Shown in pieces: positions 1 through 8,856 of a DNA stretch of 35,202 nucleotides (position 1 is its first letter; each line of letters opens with the position of its first letter). The translations under genes were made by a program, and so were the position numbers. Source of the stretch: Chloroflexia bacterium (lineage in GTDB: Bacteria; Chloroflexota; Chloroflexia; QHBQ01; JAICKM01); contig JBBSAN010000002.1 in NCBI GenBank assembly GCA_038252265.1, positions 1 through 35,202 on the forward strand. The letters run 5' to 3'. Under the pieces are notes generated by a model that was not told the DNA's origin, searched no databases, and saw only the letters and a list, made by a program, of their open reading frames with translations.

Positions 1-1107
1 CGCGATCGCGGGCGGAGCGATAAAGTTCTGGGGCGGGGCCAATTGCGGATTGGGCGGCGGGAAGGAGGGCAGGCCGTTGATGACCGGCGAATTGGCCGGG
101 GACGATTGATCCTCCATCATCGGCATACTGCTGCCGCCCGCGCCCGACATGTTGGTCGAGAGCATGATCCGCGCTTGCGAGTTCTTGGATAGCTCGCGCA
201 TCGCATCAATGTAGCGCCACTGGAGCAGGGTGTTCACGTCCAGGCCCAGCATGTCGGCGATCTCTTTTTGGGTCTTGGCTTCCAGGCGGCGCTGGCGGGC
301 CTCGCGTTCGGCGCGGGCTTCCGCCGTCAGGCTCTGCATCGTCTGCTCCGAGAAGTTAACCCCTTTGAAATCGATCTCGTGGATCTCCACGCCCCAGCGG
401 GCCGTCTTCTCGTTCAGGTGAGTCCGCACCCGATCGGCTATTTCGTGCTGCCAGTTGTCGTTGCCGAAAAGATCTTTCCCAATATCCAACCGGGCGAAGA
501 TCTGATGCAGGGTGTCTACCGCCTCTTTTTTGGTCAGGTGCTGCCAATCGTCCACAATATAGGTGGCGCGGTAGGCGGCGTGCTCCACATCGAGGAAGTT
601 GCGACGGCCTAACAGGCGGCTAAACATGTTCGGCTCAGGGGCCAGCGGCCCGGCAGGACTGCCCATCGGCACCACGCCCTGGCGCTGGCGGACCGAAAGG
701 GGCACGTTGCCCGAGCGCGTCGCCCCGGCAGTGATCAGCATTCCCGGCACGAGATTGCTGCCCCGGGGGGCCGGGGCCGTGCCGAGGACCCGTGGCAGAT
801 CGCGCGGGTTGCTCACATGGGCCAACTGGTAGAACACGACCATGGTCAGCATGACCGGTTGGCCGCTCTTGGTCCGCAGGGTTTGTTCGCCGGTTTCATA
901 GTCGAACAGTTGCAGGGGTACCTCTTTGCGATAGGTGTCCCACGGCCAGAGGAAATAGCGGCCCGGCAGGGTCACCCGCGAGAAGCGCCCAAAGGTTTCG
1001 ATCACCCCCACGCTGCCCTCTTTTTGGAACTTCATGCTGCGCAAGAGCATCACGATCATGACCACCAGTGCGCCCACCAGGATCAATGCCAGGAGTACAC
1101 TACCCAT
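1..1107 (-). CDS. SPFH/Band 7 (stomatin/prohibitin-like) membrane protein, 3' end runs off window
   Basis: Hand translation from ATG at 1107 (AGGGAG SD upstream) is open to position 1. It gives MGSVLLALILVGALVVMIVMLLRS (TM), then GVIETFGRFSRVTLPG, WGVEIHEIDF, AEARAEREAR and LLQWRYIDAMRELS, typical SPFH segments. Not in the ORF track because there is no stop in the window. Confidence 0.85.
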   Translation of the reverse strand, partial: MGSVLLALILVGALVVMIVMLLRSMKFQKEGSVGVIETFGRFSRVTLPGRYFLWPWDTYRKEVPLQLFDYETGEQTLRTKSGQPVMLTMVVFYQLAHVSNPRDLPRVLGTAPAPRGSNLVPGMLITAGATRSGNVPLSVRQRQGVVPMGSPAGPLAPEPNMFSRLLGRRNFLDVEHAAYRATYIVDDWQHLTKKEAVDTLHQIFARLDIGKDLFGNDNWQHEIADRVRTHLNEKTARWGVEIHEIDFKGVNFSEQTMQSLTAEARAEREARQRRLEAKTQKEIADMLGLDVNTLLQWRYIDAMRELSKNSQARIMLSTNMSGAGGSSMPMMEDQSSPANSPVINGLPSFPPPNPQLAPPQNFIAPPAIA

Positions 1108-1154
1108 CGCGGATCTCCCTCTCTAGCCGATAGCCAATTTGCGGTACTCTTTGT

Positions 1155-1183
1155 ATTATACCGATTATGTCAACACTATACAA
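1155..1183 (-). promoter_or_regulatory. Putative sigma70 promoter for SPFH gene
   Basis: Minus strand TTGTAT-N17-TATAAT, about 48 nt upstream of the ATG. Confidence 0.55.
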
Positions 1184-1193
1184 TAGATAGTCG

Positions 1194-1224
1194 AGTGGTT
1201 GGTGGTTAGTGATTGGTGGTTAGT
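1194..1224. repeat. Tandem 7-bp repeat tract (RGTGRTT)
   Basis: agtggtt ggtggtt agtgatt ggtggtt agt; degenerate inverted partner of 1403-1434. Confidence 0.75.
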
Positions 1225-1298
1225 CCTCGAACGGCAATTGTCCGTTTCGACATGGCTGGCTCTGGATGGATAAGAATAGCTAACATCCCAAAGAACTG

Positions 1299-1402
1299 AC
1301 GTTTGATGCATAATCCCCAAATTAGGCACGAGCGGGGGTGCGCTTTCGACTGATCTGACCCCCTGTCCAGGCATGGATAAGGGTGGGTTATGCATCAAAC
1401 GT
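1299..1402. mobile_element. 104-bp MITE-like element
   Basis: Perfect 15-bp terminal inverted repeats ACGTTTGATGCATAA (1299-1313) / TTATGCATCAAACGT (1388-1402), flanked by direct repeat AACTG (1294-1298 and 1403-1407). Confidence 0.75.
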
Positions 1403-1434
1403 AACTGATAACTAATAACTGATAACTGATGACT
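1403..1434. repeat. Tandem 7-bp repeat tract (AACTGAT) overlapping holB 3' end
   Basis: aactgat aactaat aactgat aactgat gact; encodes the terminal SVISY* of HolB. Confidence 0.85.
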
Positions 1435-2500
1435 CGGTAGGCAATTGTAGGACCAGGCTTTCCAGCACGAGGCGCGGGTTGAGGTTCTGATCCAGCCCCT
1501 GGCGGGCGGCTTCGATCCCGGCCAGAAAGGTGACGATCTGGCGCTGCTCATAAGTCGGGGCGAGGCGGCCCAGTGTCTCCACCCGGTCGGTGTTCTGCAC
1601 CAGGGCGGTTACCCCGGCGCGGGTCAGCAGCAGGTCGCGCCACCACCCCGCCCACAGGGCCAGTACATCGAACACGGCTTGGCGATTGCCGGAGAACCGC
1701 GCCGCCAGGTCGGCGGCAAAGGTGAAGCGCGCCGGGAGGTCCTGTTGCACCAACTCGATCAGCGTGGTCAACAATTCCTGGCGGGCCAGGAGCCGGTCGG
1801 GGTGGAGGCCCATCTCGACCCCCCAGCCCAACCGCCCGCCCGACAGCGCCGCCAGGAGCGTGGCCTGCGCCGGGGCGATTCCCCATCGTTCTTGCAAGGC
1901 GCGTTCCACCACCGGGCGCGGCAAGGGGCGCAGAATCTCCATGCGGCAGCGCGAGAGAATGGTGGGTAACAGGGAGCCAGGATCATCGGCCAGCAGGATC
2001 AGTACCGCGTAAGAGGGGGGTTCTTCCAACGTCTTCAGCAGGGCGTTGGCGGCAGAGAGGCTGAGGTGTTCGGCGTCTTCCAGGATGACGATGCGCCACT
2101 GACCGTCGTAGGGCCGCAGGCTCACACTTCGTTCCAGGGTGCGCACCGTCTCAATCGAGAGTTCTTTGTTGGCGCTTACCCGGCCCCCGGCGGCCACTTC
2201 GGCTGCCTGCCGGGCCAGGCTGAACCACTCCACATCGGGGAAGGTGTCGTGGGCGATGCGGACGCAATTGCGGCACCGGCCACAGGGGACCTCGCGATAG
2301 ACTCCGACGGGCGTGGTGTCGTCCAGTGCGCCGGGGTCACCCAGGCAGTTGAGCGTCTGGGCAAAGGCGCGGGCCAGGGGGCGCTTGCCCACACCGGGTG
2401 GCCCGGTCAGCAGCAGCGCGTGCGCCACCCGGCCCTGCCGCAGCTCGCGCCGCAGCACTTCGACGGTTCGGGTGTGTCCTACAATCGGCCAGTCAGACAT
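1412..2500 (-). CDS. holB: DNA polymerase III subunit delta'
   Basis: HALLLTGPPGVGK, Zn cysteines (LNC...PCGRCRNC), AANALLKTLEEPP, LLPTILSRC; 362 aa. Confidence 0.92.
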   Translation of the reverse strand: MSDWPIVGHTRTVEVLRRELRQGRVAHALLLTGPPGVGKRPLARAFAQTLNCLGDPGALDDTTPVGVYREVPCGRCRNCVRIAHDTFPDVEWFSLARQAAEVAAGGRVSANKELSIETVRTLERSVSLRPYDGQWRIVILEDAEHLSLSAANALLKTLEEPPSYAVLILLADDPGSLLPTILSRCRMEILRPLPRPVVERALQERWGIAPAQATLLAALSGGRLGWGVEMGLHPDRLLARQELLTTLIELVQQDLPARFTFAADLAARFSGNRQAVFDVLALWAGWWRDLLLTRAGVTALVQNTDRVETLGRLAPTYEQRQIVTFLAGIEAARQGLDQNLNPRLVLESLVLQLPTESSVISY

Positions 2501-2506
2501 AGGAGT

Positions 2507-2647
2507 AACGAGTGATGAGCGATGAGTGATGAGAACGAATGACGAGTGCTGAGTGCTGAGTGCTGAGTGCTGAGGTCACTCTAGTCGCTGGCTGCGTTCC
2601 TCAGTGCTCATTGCTCATTGCTCATTGCTCATTGCTCGTCACTCGTT
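2507..2647. repeat. Inverted pair of 7-bp tandem repeat arms (GATGAGY/GAGTGCT ... CTCATTG)
   Basis: Left aacgagtgatgagcgatgag...(gagtgct)x4; right (ctcattg)x4 ctcgtcactcgtt. The outer 20 bp pair with two G:T wobbles on the + strand. Confidence 0.9.
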
Positions 2648-3528
2648 CACCGTTTGGCGGGACGGTTGGAGGACAGGGGCTGGGTGGCGGCAGGGTCGGA
2701 ACCAGGGCGGCGCTTGGCCGCCGGAGGAGAACCCGACCGGGTCGGCGTGCCCGGTTTGGCTGCCGGGGGGGCTTTCTCCACCACAACGGGCATGATGCCG
2801 CGCAGGGCGGCGATGAGCTGGTTGCGCTCGTTGGTGGGCAGCAACACAACCCGCTTGGCCTCCGACGGTCCGGCCATGACATACTCTTTCAGTTCGGGCA
2901 GCCGCAGCACGTCATACTTGCTGCGCTCGATGTTGAGGGCCGTAGCCGGGTTATAGAACGCGACCGCCCCTGCTACCGGCAACGGGCCGGGATGCACCCC
3001 CTGCGCCGTCACCCACTCGCGCAACGCCGCGATCTTGCCGTCCAGCTCCAGGGTGGGATTGCCCAACAATTCATCGCCCCAGCGCGAGACGCGGTCGATG
3101 ATCCCCTGCTTGGCGCGCCAGCGATCCACGCCTTCTTTGCCCTCGGCGCAGGAGACCGTTCCGCCCCCCTCTTTCATCTCGATCACCAGTACGCCGTCGG
3201 GACTGATCAGCACATGATCGAGCACGATCTTGCCCAGCACCACCTGGTGAAACAAGGCATAACGGGTGTTGAGACCCTTCAACTCGGCGGATACCGCCTC
3301 GTCCACCTTGGCGGCGGTGGCCCAGCGGCGGCTCGCCCCGCGCCCCCACAACCACATCGGCCAGCCGACCAGCAGCGCCGGGTAGGCGACGATGATCAGC
3401 CAGGGGATCGTGATATAGACAAAGCTGAGGATGAACGACAGGAAGACCATCCCCATGCCGACCGCCTGGATCAGGAACGCCCGGCGCTTTTGCGACTTCA
3501 GGTACGCGTCGTTGGCTGCTACATTCAT
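2647..3528 (-). CDS. Membrane-anchored NERD (nuclease-related domain) protein
   Basis: Two N-terminal hydrophobic helices, then LDHVLISPDGVLVIEMK (NERD-type D...E-x-K motif); Pro-rich tail. Confidence 0.75.
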   Translation of the reverse strand: MNVAANDAYLKSQKRRAFLIQAVGMGMVFLSFILSFVYITIPWLIIVAYPALLVGWPMWLWGRGASRRWATAAKVDEAVSAELKGLNTRYALFHQVVLGKIVLDHVLISPDGVLVIEMKEGGGTVSCAEGKEGVDRWRAKQGIIDRVSRWGDELLGNPTLELDGKIAALREWVTAQGVHPGPLPVAGAVAFYNPATALNIERSKYDVLRLPELKEYVMAGPSEAKRVVLLPTNERNQLIAALRGIMPVVVEKAPPAAKPGTPTRSGSPPAAKRRPGSDPAATQPLSSNRPAKR

Positions 3529-3532
3529 AAGG

Positions 3533-5002
3533 TTATTCCCCGTCCCAGCGGCGGAAGATCACCGCAGAATTCTGGCCCCCGAAGCCGAAGTTTTCGCTCA
3601 TCGCTATCCGCAAGTCGGCCCGGCGTGCCTCGTTCGGCGTGTAGTCCAGATCGCACTCCGGGTCGGGCGTATGCAGATTGATCGTGGGCGGGATGATCCC
3701 ATCCTGAAGCGCCATCACCGTTGCCACGCCCTCGACCGCGCCGCACCCGGCCAGCAGGTGGCCGACCATGCTCTTGGTGGATGAAATCGCCACTTTGTAG
3801 GCCGCATCGCCAAACGCCGTCTTGATCGCCCGCGTTTCCATCGAGTCGTTCAGGTCGGTGCCGGTGCCGTGGGCGTTAATGTAATCTACCGCTTCGGGGG
3901 CGATCCCGGCGCTCTCCAGCGCCCGCCGGATCGCGACGGCACCGCCCCGGCCCGATGGATCGGGGGCGACGATATGGTAGGCATCGCAGGAGCCGCCGCC
4001 GCCGAGGATCTCGGCGTAAATATGCGCCCCCCGCGCCAGGGCGTGGTCCAGGCGCTCGATCACCATCATTCCCGCACCCTCGCCGCCGACCATGCCATCG
4101 CGGGTCTTGTCCCACGGGCGGCACGCGCCCACCGGGTCCTCGTTGCGGGTGCTGAGGGCGCGCAGGTTGCTGAACTCTGCTAGCCCCAGTTCGCACAGTG
4201 GTGCTTCGGTGCCCCCGACCAGCATGGCCGTCACCTGGCCGCGCCGGACGATCTCCGCGCCCTCCCCGATAGCGGTGGTGCTGGCGGCACAGGCGCTGGT
4301 GAGCGCGGCGTTCCACCCCAGCGCGCCAAACTGGATGCCCAGTTGCCCGGCGGGCATGTTGGGCAGCGACATCGGCACGAAGAACGGACTGACCTTGCGT
4401 CCGCCCTTGGTGACCAGGATCCGCACTTCGGCCTCGGTTTCGGGCAGGGCCGTCGTGCCGGAGCCGATCAAGACGCCAAGCTGGTCGGTGCCGCCTTCGG
4501 GGACCGGGAAGCCGGAGTCGTCCATCGCCTGCCGCGCCGCCGAGACGACAAATTGCGTGGCCCGGCTCATCCGCTTGACATCGCGCCAGTTGATCCACCG
4601 GGTGGGATCCCAGTTTTTGATCTCGGCAGCGAAGAGCGTCGGATAGCTGGAGGCGTTGAAGTTCTCGATCATCGTGACGCCGGAGCGCCCGTGGACCAGG
4701 TTGTCCCAATACTCTGATACCGATTGCCCGCAGGCGGTGATGACTCCCAGGCCGGTGATGACCACCCGCTTGCGCGGATCCCGCTCGTGCGCCCAGCCCT
4801 GGTGGGCCTGGGGGGCGGGGGTCTCCGCCTCGGCCCGGCGGGCCAACAGATCGGCCAGCAGCTCCTCGAATTCCTGCTCGATGCCCTCACTCATGCCCAC
4901 GCTGTCGGCGGTGTCCGTGCTGGCGATCCGCGCCTGCAACCGGGCACGTAGCCAGCGCTGCTCTTCCAGTGATAATATTTGCCCCGTCTGATCGCCGATC
5001 AT
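3533..5002 (-). CDS. fabF: Beta-ketoacyl-ACP synthase II (FabF-like) with ~75-aa N-terminal extension
   Basis: RVVITGLG, catalytic Cys (TSACAAS), INAHGTGT, STKSMVGHLL, FGFGGQN. Start placed at ATG 5002 because of AAGGAG upstream. Confidence 0.85.
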   Translation of the reverse strand: MIGDQTGQILSLEEQRWLRARLQARIASTDTADSVGMSEGIEQEFEELLADLLARRAEAETPAPQAHQGWAHERDPRKRVVITGLGVITACGQSVSEYWDNLVHGRSGVTMIENFNASSYPTLFAAEIKNWDPTRWINWRDVKRMSRATQFVVSAARQAMDDSGFPVPEGGTDQLGVLIGSGTTALPETEAEVRILVTKGGRKVSPFFVPMSLPNMPAGQLGIQFGALGWNAALTSACAASTTAIGEGAEIVRRGQVTAMLVGGTEAPLCELGLAEFSNLRALSTRNEDPVGACRPWDKTRDGMVGGEGAGMMVIERLDHALARGAHIYAEILGGGGSCDAYHIVAPDPSGRGGAVAIRRALESAGIAPEAVDYINAHGTGTDLNDSMETRAIKTAFGDAAYKVAISSTKSMVGHLLAGCGAVEGVATVMALQDGIIPPTINLHTPDPECDLDYTPNEARRADLRIAMSENFGFGGQNSAVIFRRWDGE

Positions 5003-5142
5003 AAAGAAAACTGCTCCTTGTAACATGAACCTGCTGGAAAATAAAGGGGGCGCAGGCCGGGACGGTCGTTGTCCAGCACCTTTGCGCCACGCCGAGGATC
5101 TGCCGATGATCTGATGAAAGAACCCACAGGCGCACCTCGCTT

Positions 5143-5151
5143 AGTGTACCA
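5143..5151 (-). promoter_or_regulatory. Possible extended -10 promoter for fabF-NERD-holB
   Basis: Minus strand TGGTACACT (TGn + TACACT). Confidence 0.4.
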
Positions 5152-5289
5152 CAATCCCCCCGCCCGTGCAATCGCCGGCGCGAGTTGGTCAGGAGCGGCT
5201 GCGGTTCGCCCACGATCCACGCCACCAGAGCGTGCAACACCGATCCCTGTCATCTTCGGGCAGAACCATGCCCCATAGGTATGAATATA

Positions 5290-5304
5290 AGCCCCGGAGG
5301 GGCT
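5290..5304. repeat. Single REP-like palindrome AGCCCCGGAGGGGCT
   Basis: Same core as the four units at 33469-33660. Confidence 0.55.
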
Positions 5305-5452
5305 GAAGCTGGCGGCAGCGCGCATGAGGGTACATCCGACCAGACCCGCCCCCGATCTGCCGCCCGGCGCGATTGACGCCGGGCTTGTACTGCGGTAGAC
5401 TAGGAGATGTCCGTCACATGATTGGTGGCCGCTTATATGGGAGGATCTGAGG

Positions 5453-6559
5453 ATGTATCGCAAGCTAACGGGGACACGGGGACTGACCCTGCTGATCGGG
5501 GCGCTCTGGCTGGTGGGGCTACTCGGTGTGCCGCAGGAGGCCGGGGCCATGGGGAAGCTACCGCCCGACCCGGCGGTGGTGGGCTGGCCGAACGCGATGG
5601 CGTCCACCGGCGATTCGATCACGCGCGGGTTCAACACCGGCACCATCCCCTTCACCGATGCGCCCGCCAATTCCTGGTCCACCGGCACCAGCACCACGAT
5701 CAATACCCACTACGTGCGCATCCTGGCCGCGAACCCGGCGATCAGCGGGCACAATTACAACGACGCGGTGACGGGCGCACAGATGGTGGACCTGAGCGGC
5801 CAGATCGCCAACGTCAACCCTCAGCAAGTGGGATATGTCACGATCCTGCTGGGGGCGAACGACGCCTGCACCGCGACCGAACAGGCGATGACGCCGGTGG
5901 CGACCTTTCACACCCAGTTCCAGACGGCACTGGATGCTCTGGCCGCCGGCTCTCCGAACACGCGCATCTTTGTCCTGAGCATCCCCGATATCTATAACCT
6001 CTGGAACATTCTCAAAGACAACGCCAGCGCCCGCTCCACCTGGAGCCTGTTCAACATTTGCCAGTCGATGCTGGCGAACCCCACGTCCATCGACCCGGTG
6101 GATGTGGCCCGGCGGGCGCGGGTGCGGCAGCGGGTGGTGGATTACAACACAGAGCTGGCGAACGTGTGCGCCACGAATATCCATTGCCGCTTCGACAACA
6201 ACGCCGTCTTCAACACCGCCTTCATCCCCAGCGATATCTCGACTCGCGACTACTTCCACCCATCCATAAGCGGGCAGACCAAGCTGGCCGCTGGCAGCTA
6301 TGCCGCCACCTACGACTTCACCGACATGGTACCCCCTGTCAGCGTCGCCCTGCAAACAGGCACAACACCGCATGGGCTGCGACTGTACCTCAACGCCTGG
6401 GATAATGTCGGCGTGGCCGGAATCGAATACAAACTGGACAACGGAGCCTATACGCGATACACTACACCTGTGGTCGTTGCCACGAACTCCACTATTACCT
6501 ACCGGGCAGTGGACCGCAATGGCAATATCGAGGCCGCGCATACCCTCACCGCCCCCTGA
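5453..6559 (+). CDS. Secreted SGNH/GDSL hydrolase with C-terminal Ig-like beta domain
   Basis: Signal-peptide-like N-terminus, TGDSIT (block I), LLGANDAC (block III), DYFHPS (block V), tail with GVAGIEYKLD...YRAVDRNGNIE; GGAGG SD. Confidence 0.85.
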   Translation: MYRKLTGTRGLTLLIGALWLVGLLGVPQEAGAMGKLPPDPAVVGWPNAMASTGDSITRGFNTGTIPFTDAPANSWSTGTSTTINTHYVRILAANPAISGHNYNDAVTGAQMVDLSGQIANVNPQQVGYVTILLGANDACTATEQAMTPVATFHTQFQTALDALAAGSPNTRIFVLSIPDIYNLWNILKDNASARSTWSLFNICQSMLANPTSIDPVDVARRARVRQRVVDYNTELANVCATNIHCRFDNNAVFNTAFIPSDISTRDYFHPSISGQTKLAAGSYAATYDFTDMVPPVSVALQTGTTPHGLRLYLNAWDNVGVAGIEYKLDNGAYTRYTTPVVVATNSTITYRAVDRNGNIEAAHTLTAP

Positions 6560-6717
6560 TCGAGCCGCACACCGCTGCCTGGGGGCATTCCACGGGTCCC
6601 TGTGCTGCCCTCTGGCCGCGCCAGGACCCGGCGCACCTGGAGGACCGCGCACCCCTCGGTAATCGGCGCGGGCAGCGTACAGGAGGAGCTACGCTGCCCT
6701 CAACGGAGCACACGTCA

Positions 6718-7629
6718 GTGGACCTGTCTATCGTAATCGTGAGTTGGAACGTCCGCGACCTGTTGCAGACGTGCCTGGAATCATTGCGCCCGGAATGGGA
6801 ACGCACCTGGGCCGAGGTGATCGTGGTCGATAACGCCTCGAGCGATGGGACCCCCGATCTGGTCCGCGACCAATACCCCGCCGTGCGGCTGATCGCTAAT
6901 CTGGCGAACCGAGGGTTCGGGGCGGCTAACAACCAGGGCATGGCCGCCGCCAGTGGCCGCTATATCCTCTTGCTCAACCCCGACACCGTGGTGCTGCCGG
7001 GCGCGCTGGAGGCGCTGGTCGGCTTCCTGGAGGCGCATCCCCGCGTAGGGCTGGCGGCACCGCGCCTGCTCAACCCGGACGGCAGCCTGCAACGCAACGC
7101 CTTCCGCTTCCCCGGCCTCCTGCAAGTGGCGCTCGATCTGTTCCCGGTGCATCCCCGGCTGATGGACTCGGCGCTGAACGGGCGCTATCGCCGCGAACCC
7201 CAGGCCACCGGGCCGTTCTCCATCGATCACCCCCTGGGGGCGGCGCTACTGGTGCGGCACGAAATATGGGAAGCGACCGGCGGGTTTGACGAAGACTACT
7301 TCATGTACGCCGAAGAGGTCGATTGGTGCTGGCGCATCCACCAGGCCGGGTGGATGATCTGGCAGGTGCCGGAGGCGCGGATCATCCACTACGGGGGGCA
7401 GAGCACCCGCCAGGTGCCCGACTGGATGTTCATCGAGCTGTGGCGCGCCCGCTATCGCTTCTTCCGCCGCTACCACGGTCCGGTCTACCAGGCGATGGTA
7501 CGGCTGCTGGTACGGTTGGGGATGCTCTGGCGGTCCTTCCGGCTGTGGCGGGCGGCAGCGCAGGGCGATCTGGACCCTGACACGGCAACCTCGCGCCGCC
7601 GTGCCGCTGCCACGATCTTTCGATTTTAG
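6718..7629 (+). CDS. Glycosyltransferase family 2 (WbbL/rhamnosyltransferase-like)
   Basis: SIVIVSWN, VVDNASSDGT, NRGFGAANN, LLNPD, FDEDYFMYAEEVDWC. Confidence 0.9.
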   Translation: MDLSIVIVSWNVRDLLQTCLESLRPEWERTWAEVIVVDNASSDGTPDLVRDQYPAVRLIANLANRGFGAANNQGMAAASGRYILLLNPDTVVLPGALEALVGFLEAHPRVGLAAPRLLNPDGSLQRNAFRFPGLLQVALDLFPVHPRLMDSALNGRYRREPQATGPFSIDHPLGAALLVRHEIWEATGGFDEDYFMYAEEVDWCWRIHQAGWMIWQVPEARIIHYGGQSTRQVPDWMFIELWRARYRFFRRYHGPVYQAMVRLLVRLGMLWRSFRLWRAAAQGDLDPDTATSRRRAAATIFRF

Positions 7630-7652
7630 ATTTTGGATTTTAGATTTTGGAT
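7622..7652. repeat. Tandem 7-bp repeat tract (GATTTTR) spanning stop of one GT2 and start of the next
   Basis: gatttta gattttg gatttta gattttg gat. Confidence 0.85.
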
Positions 7653-8450
7653 GCTTCGGTAAAGAATGCGGCGGGCCAGGCCCCGGCGCTGACGGTGGCG
7701 CTACTGGCGCGGGACGAGGTGCAACATCTCGCGGCCTGCCTCGATAGCGTGGCGGCCCTGACCACGCCGCCGGGGGGCGAACTGGTGGTGTTGCTCGACA
7801 GCCGTGCGCCCGCCACGCTGGAGGCCATCGCTCGCCGCTACACTCCGCAGGTCAGCCGCAGCGCGTTCGTCAACTTCTCGGCGCAGCGCAACCGGGCACT
7901 GGAGCGCTGCCAGGGCACCTGGGTCTTGTTTATCGACCCCGACGAGCGCATGACCCCGGCCCTGGCCGCCGAGGTGCGCCGGATGATCGCGGCGGGTGAT
8001 GAGATCGGGGGGGCCTGGGTGCCGCGCCGCAACTTCATGTTCGGCCACGAGGTACGCCACGCGGGCTGGTCACCCGACTACCAGTTGCGCCTCCTGCGCC
8101 GCGCCGGGGCACGCTACGACGAGGACCGCGCCGTCCACGAGGTCGCGGCGGTCACGGGTACGCTCGTCTACCTCCACGAGCCGCTGGTTCACTACAACTA
8201 TGCTACCTGGGCGCAGTTCACCGCCAAGCAGCGCGCCTACACCGCCCATGAGGCGCGGACGCAGGCGGCACGGGGCATCCGCGCCAAACCGCAGAACTTC
8301 GTCCTCCAACCCCTGCGCGAGTTTCGCCGCCGCTATCTCACCCTGGCGGGCTGGCGCGATGGCCCCCTCGGCCTGCTCCTCTCCCTGGCGATGGCCTATT
8401 ACACGCTGCGCCTCTACGTGGCGCTGGCGCGGACGAGGGACGAGCAATGA
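7647..8450 (+). CDS. Glycosyltransferase family 2 (WaaE/KdtX beta-1,4-glucosyltransferase-like)
   Basis: FSAQRNRAL, WVLFIDPDER, PDYQLRLLRR, VHE, GWRDGPLG; start (TTG inside repeat) uncertain. Confidence 0.85.
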   Translation: MDASVKNAAGQAPALTVALLARDEVQHLAACLDSVAALTTPPGGELVVLLDSRAPATLEAIARRYTPQVSRSAFVNFSAQRNRALERCQGTWVLFIDPDERMTPALAAEVRRMIAAGDEIGGAWVPRRNFMFGHEVRHAGWSPDYQLRLLRRAGARYDEDRAVHEVAAVTGTLVYLHEPLVHYNYATWAQFTAKQRAYTAHEARTQAARGIRAKPQNFVLQPLREFRRRYLTLAGWRDGPLGLLLSLAMAYYTLRLYVALARTRDEQ

Positions 8451-8792
8451 GTGATGAGTGATGAGTGATGGGTGATGAGCGACGAGCAATGAGCCAGGAG
8501 GGACGAGCGGCGAGCGGTGCGCGATGAGGGACGAACGCTGGGGGCGCGGGATGAGCGACGAGCGATGCGGATTGAGCCATGAGACGCTGTCATCCTGAGC
8601 GCAGCGAAGGATCTTCGCCGGGGTATACAGTCGTTGGGGAGTAATCGGGATCTTCCCGAAGGATCATTGACTGCCAACAAGATCCTTCGCTGCGCTCAGG
8701 ATGACAGTATGGGTAATCCATGACGGTTGACCGCTACCTCATCGCTCATCGCTCATTGCTCATCGCTCATCGCTCATTGCTCATTGCTCGTC
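8439..8792. repeat. Inverted 7-bp tandem repeat arms (GATGAGY ... CTCATYG) enclosing a REP-like doublet
   Basis: Left arm from 8439 gacgagcaatgagtgatgagtgatgag...; right arm 8738-8792 (ctcatcg/ctcattg)x7 ctcgtc. Confidence 0.9.
8587..8707. repeat. REP/REPIN-like inverted doublet
   Basis: Perfect 29-bp inverted repeat CTGTCATCCTGAGCGCAGCGAAGGATCTT (8587-8615) / 8679-8707 with 63-bp spacer. Confidence 0.85.
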
Positions 8793-8856
8793 GTCCCCTA
8801 CCCGGCGGCGGGCGGTTGTGATAAGATAGAGGGGATAGGCGAGGGCACAAGGAGGC

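Noticed and set aside
1165-1551. 128-aa minus-strand ORF
   Set aside because: Runs through the holB end, two heptamer tracts and the MITE; no coding signal.
2560-3681. 373-aa + strand ORF and other ORFs starting with LIAHCS-type peptides
   Set aside because: N-termini are translations of heptamer repeats and the rest is antisense to real genes.
4999-5703. 234-aa minus-strand ORF across the fabF/SGNH divergent region
   Set aside because: Overlaps the SGNH gene antisense and promoter DNA; composition is not protein-like.
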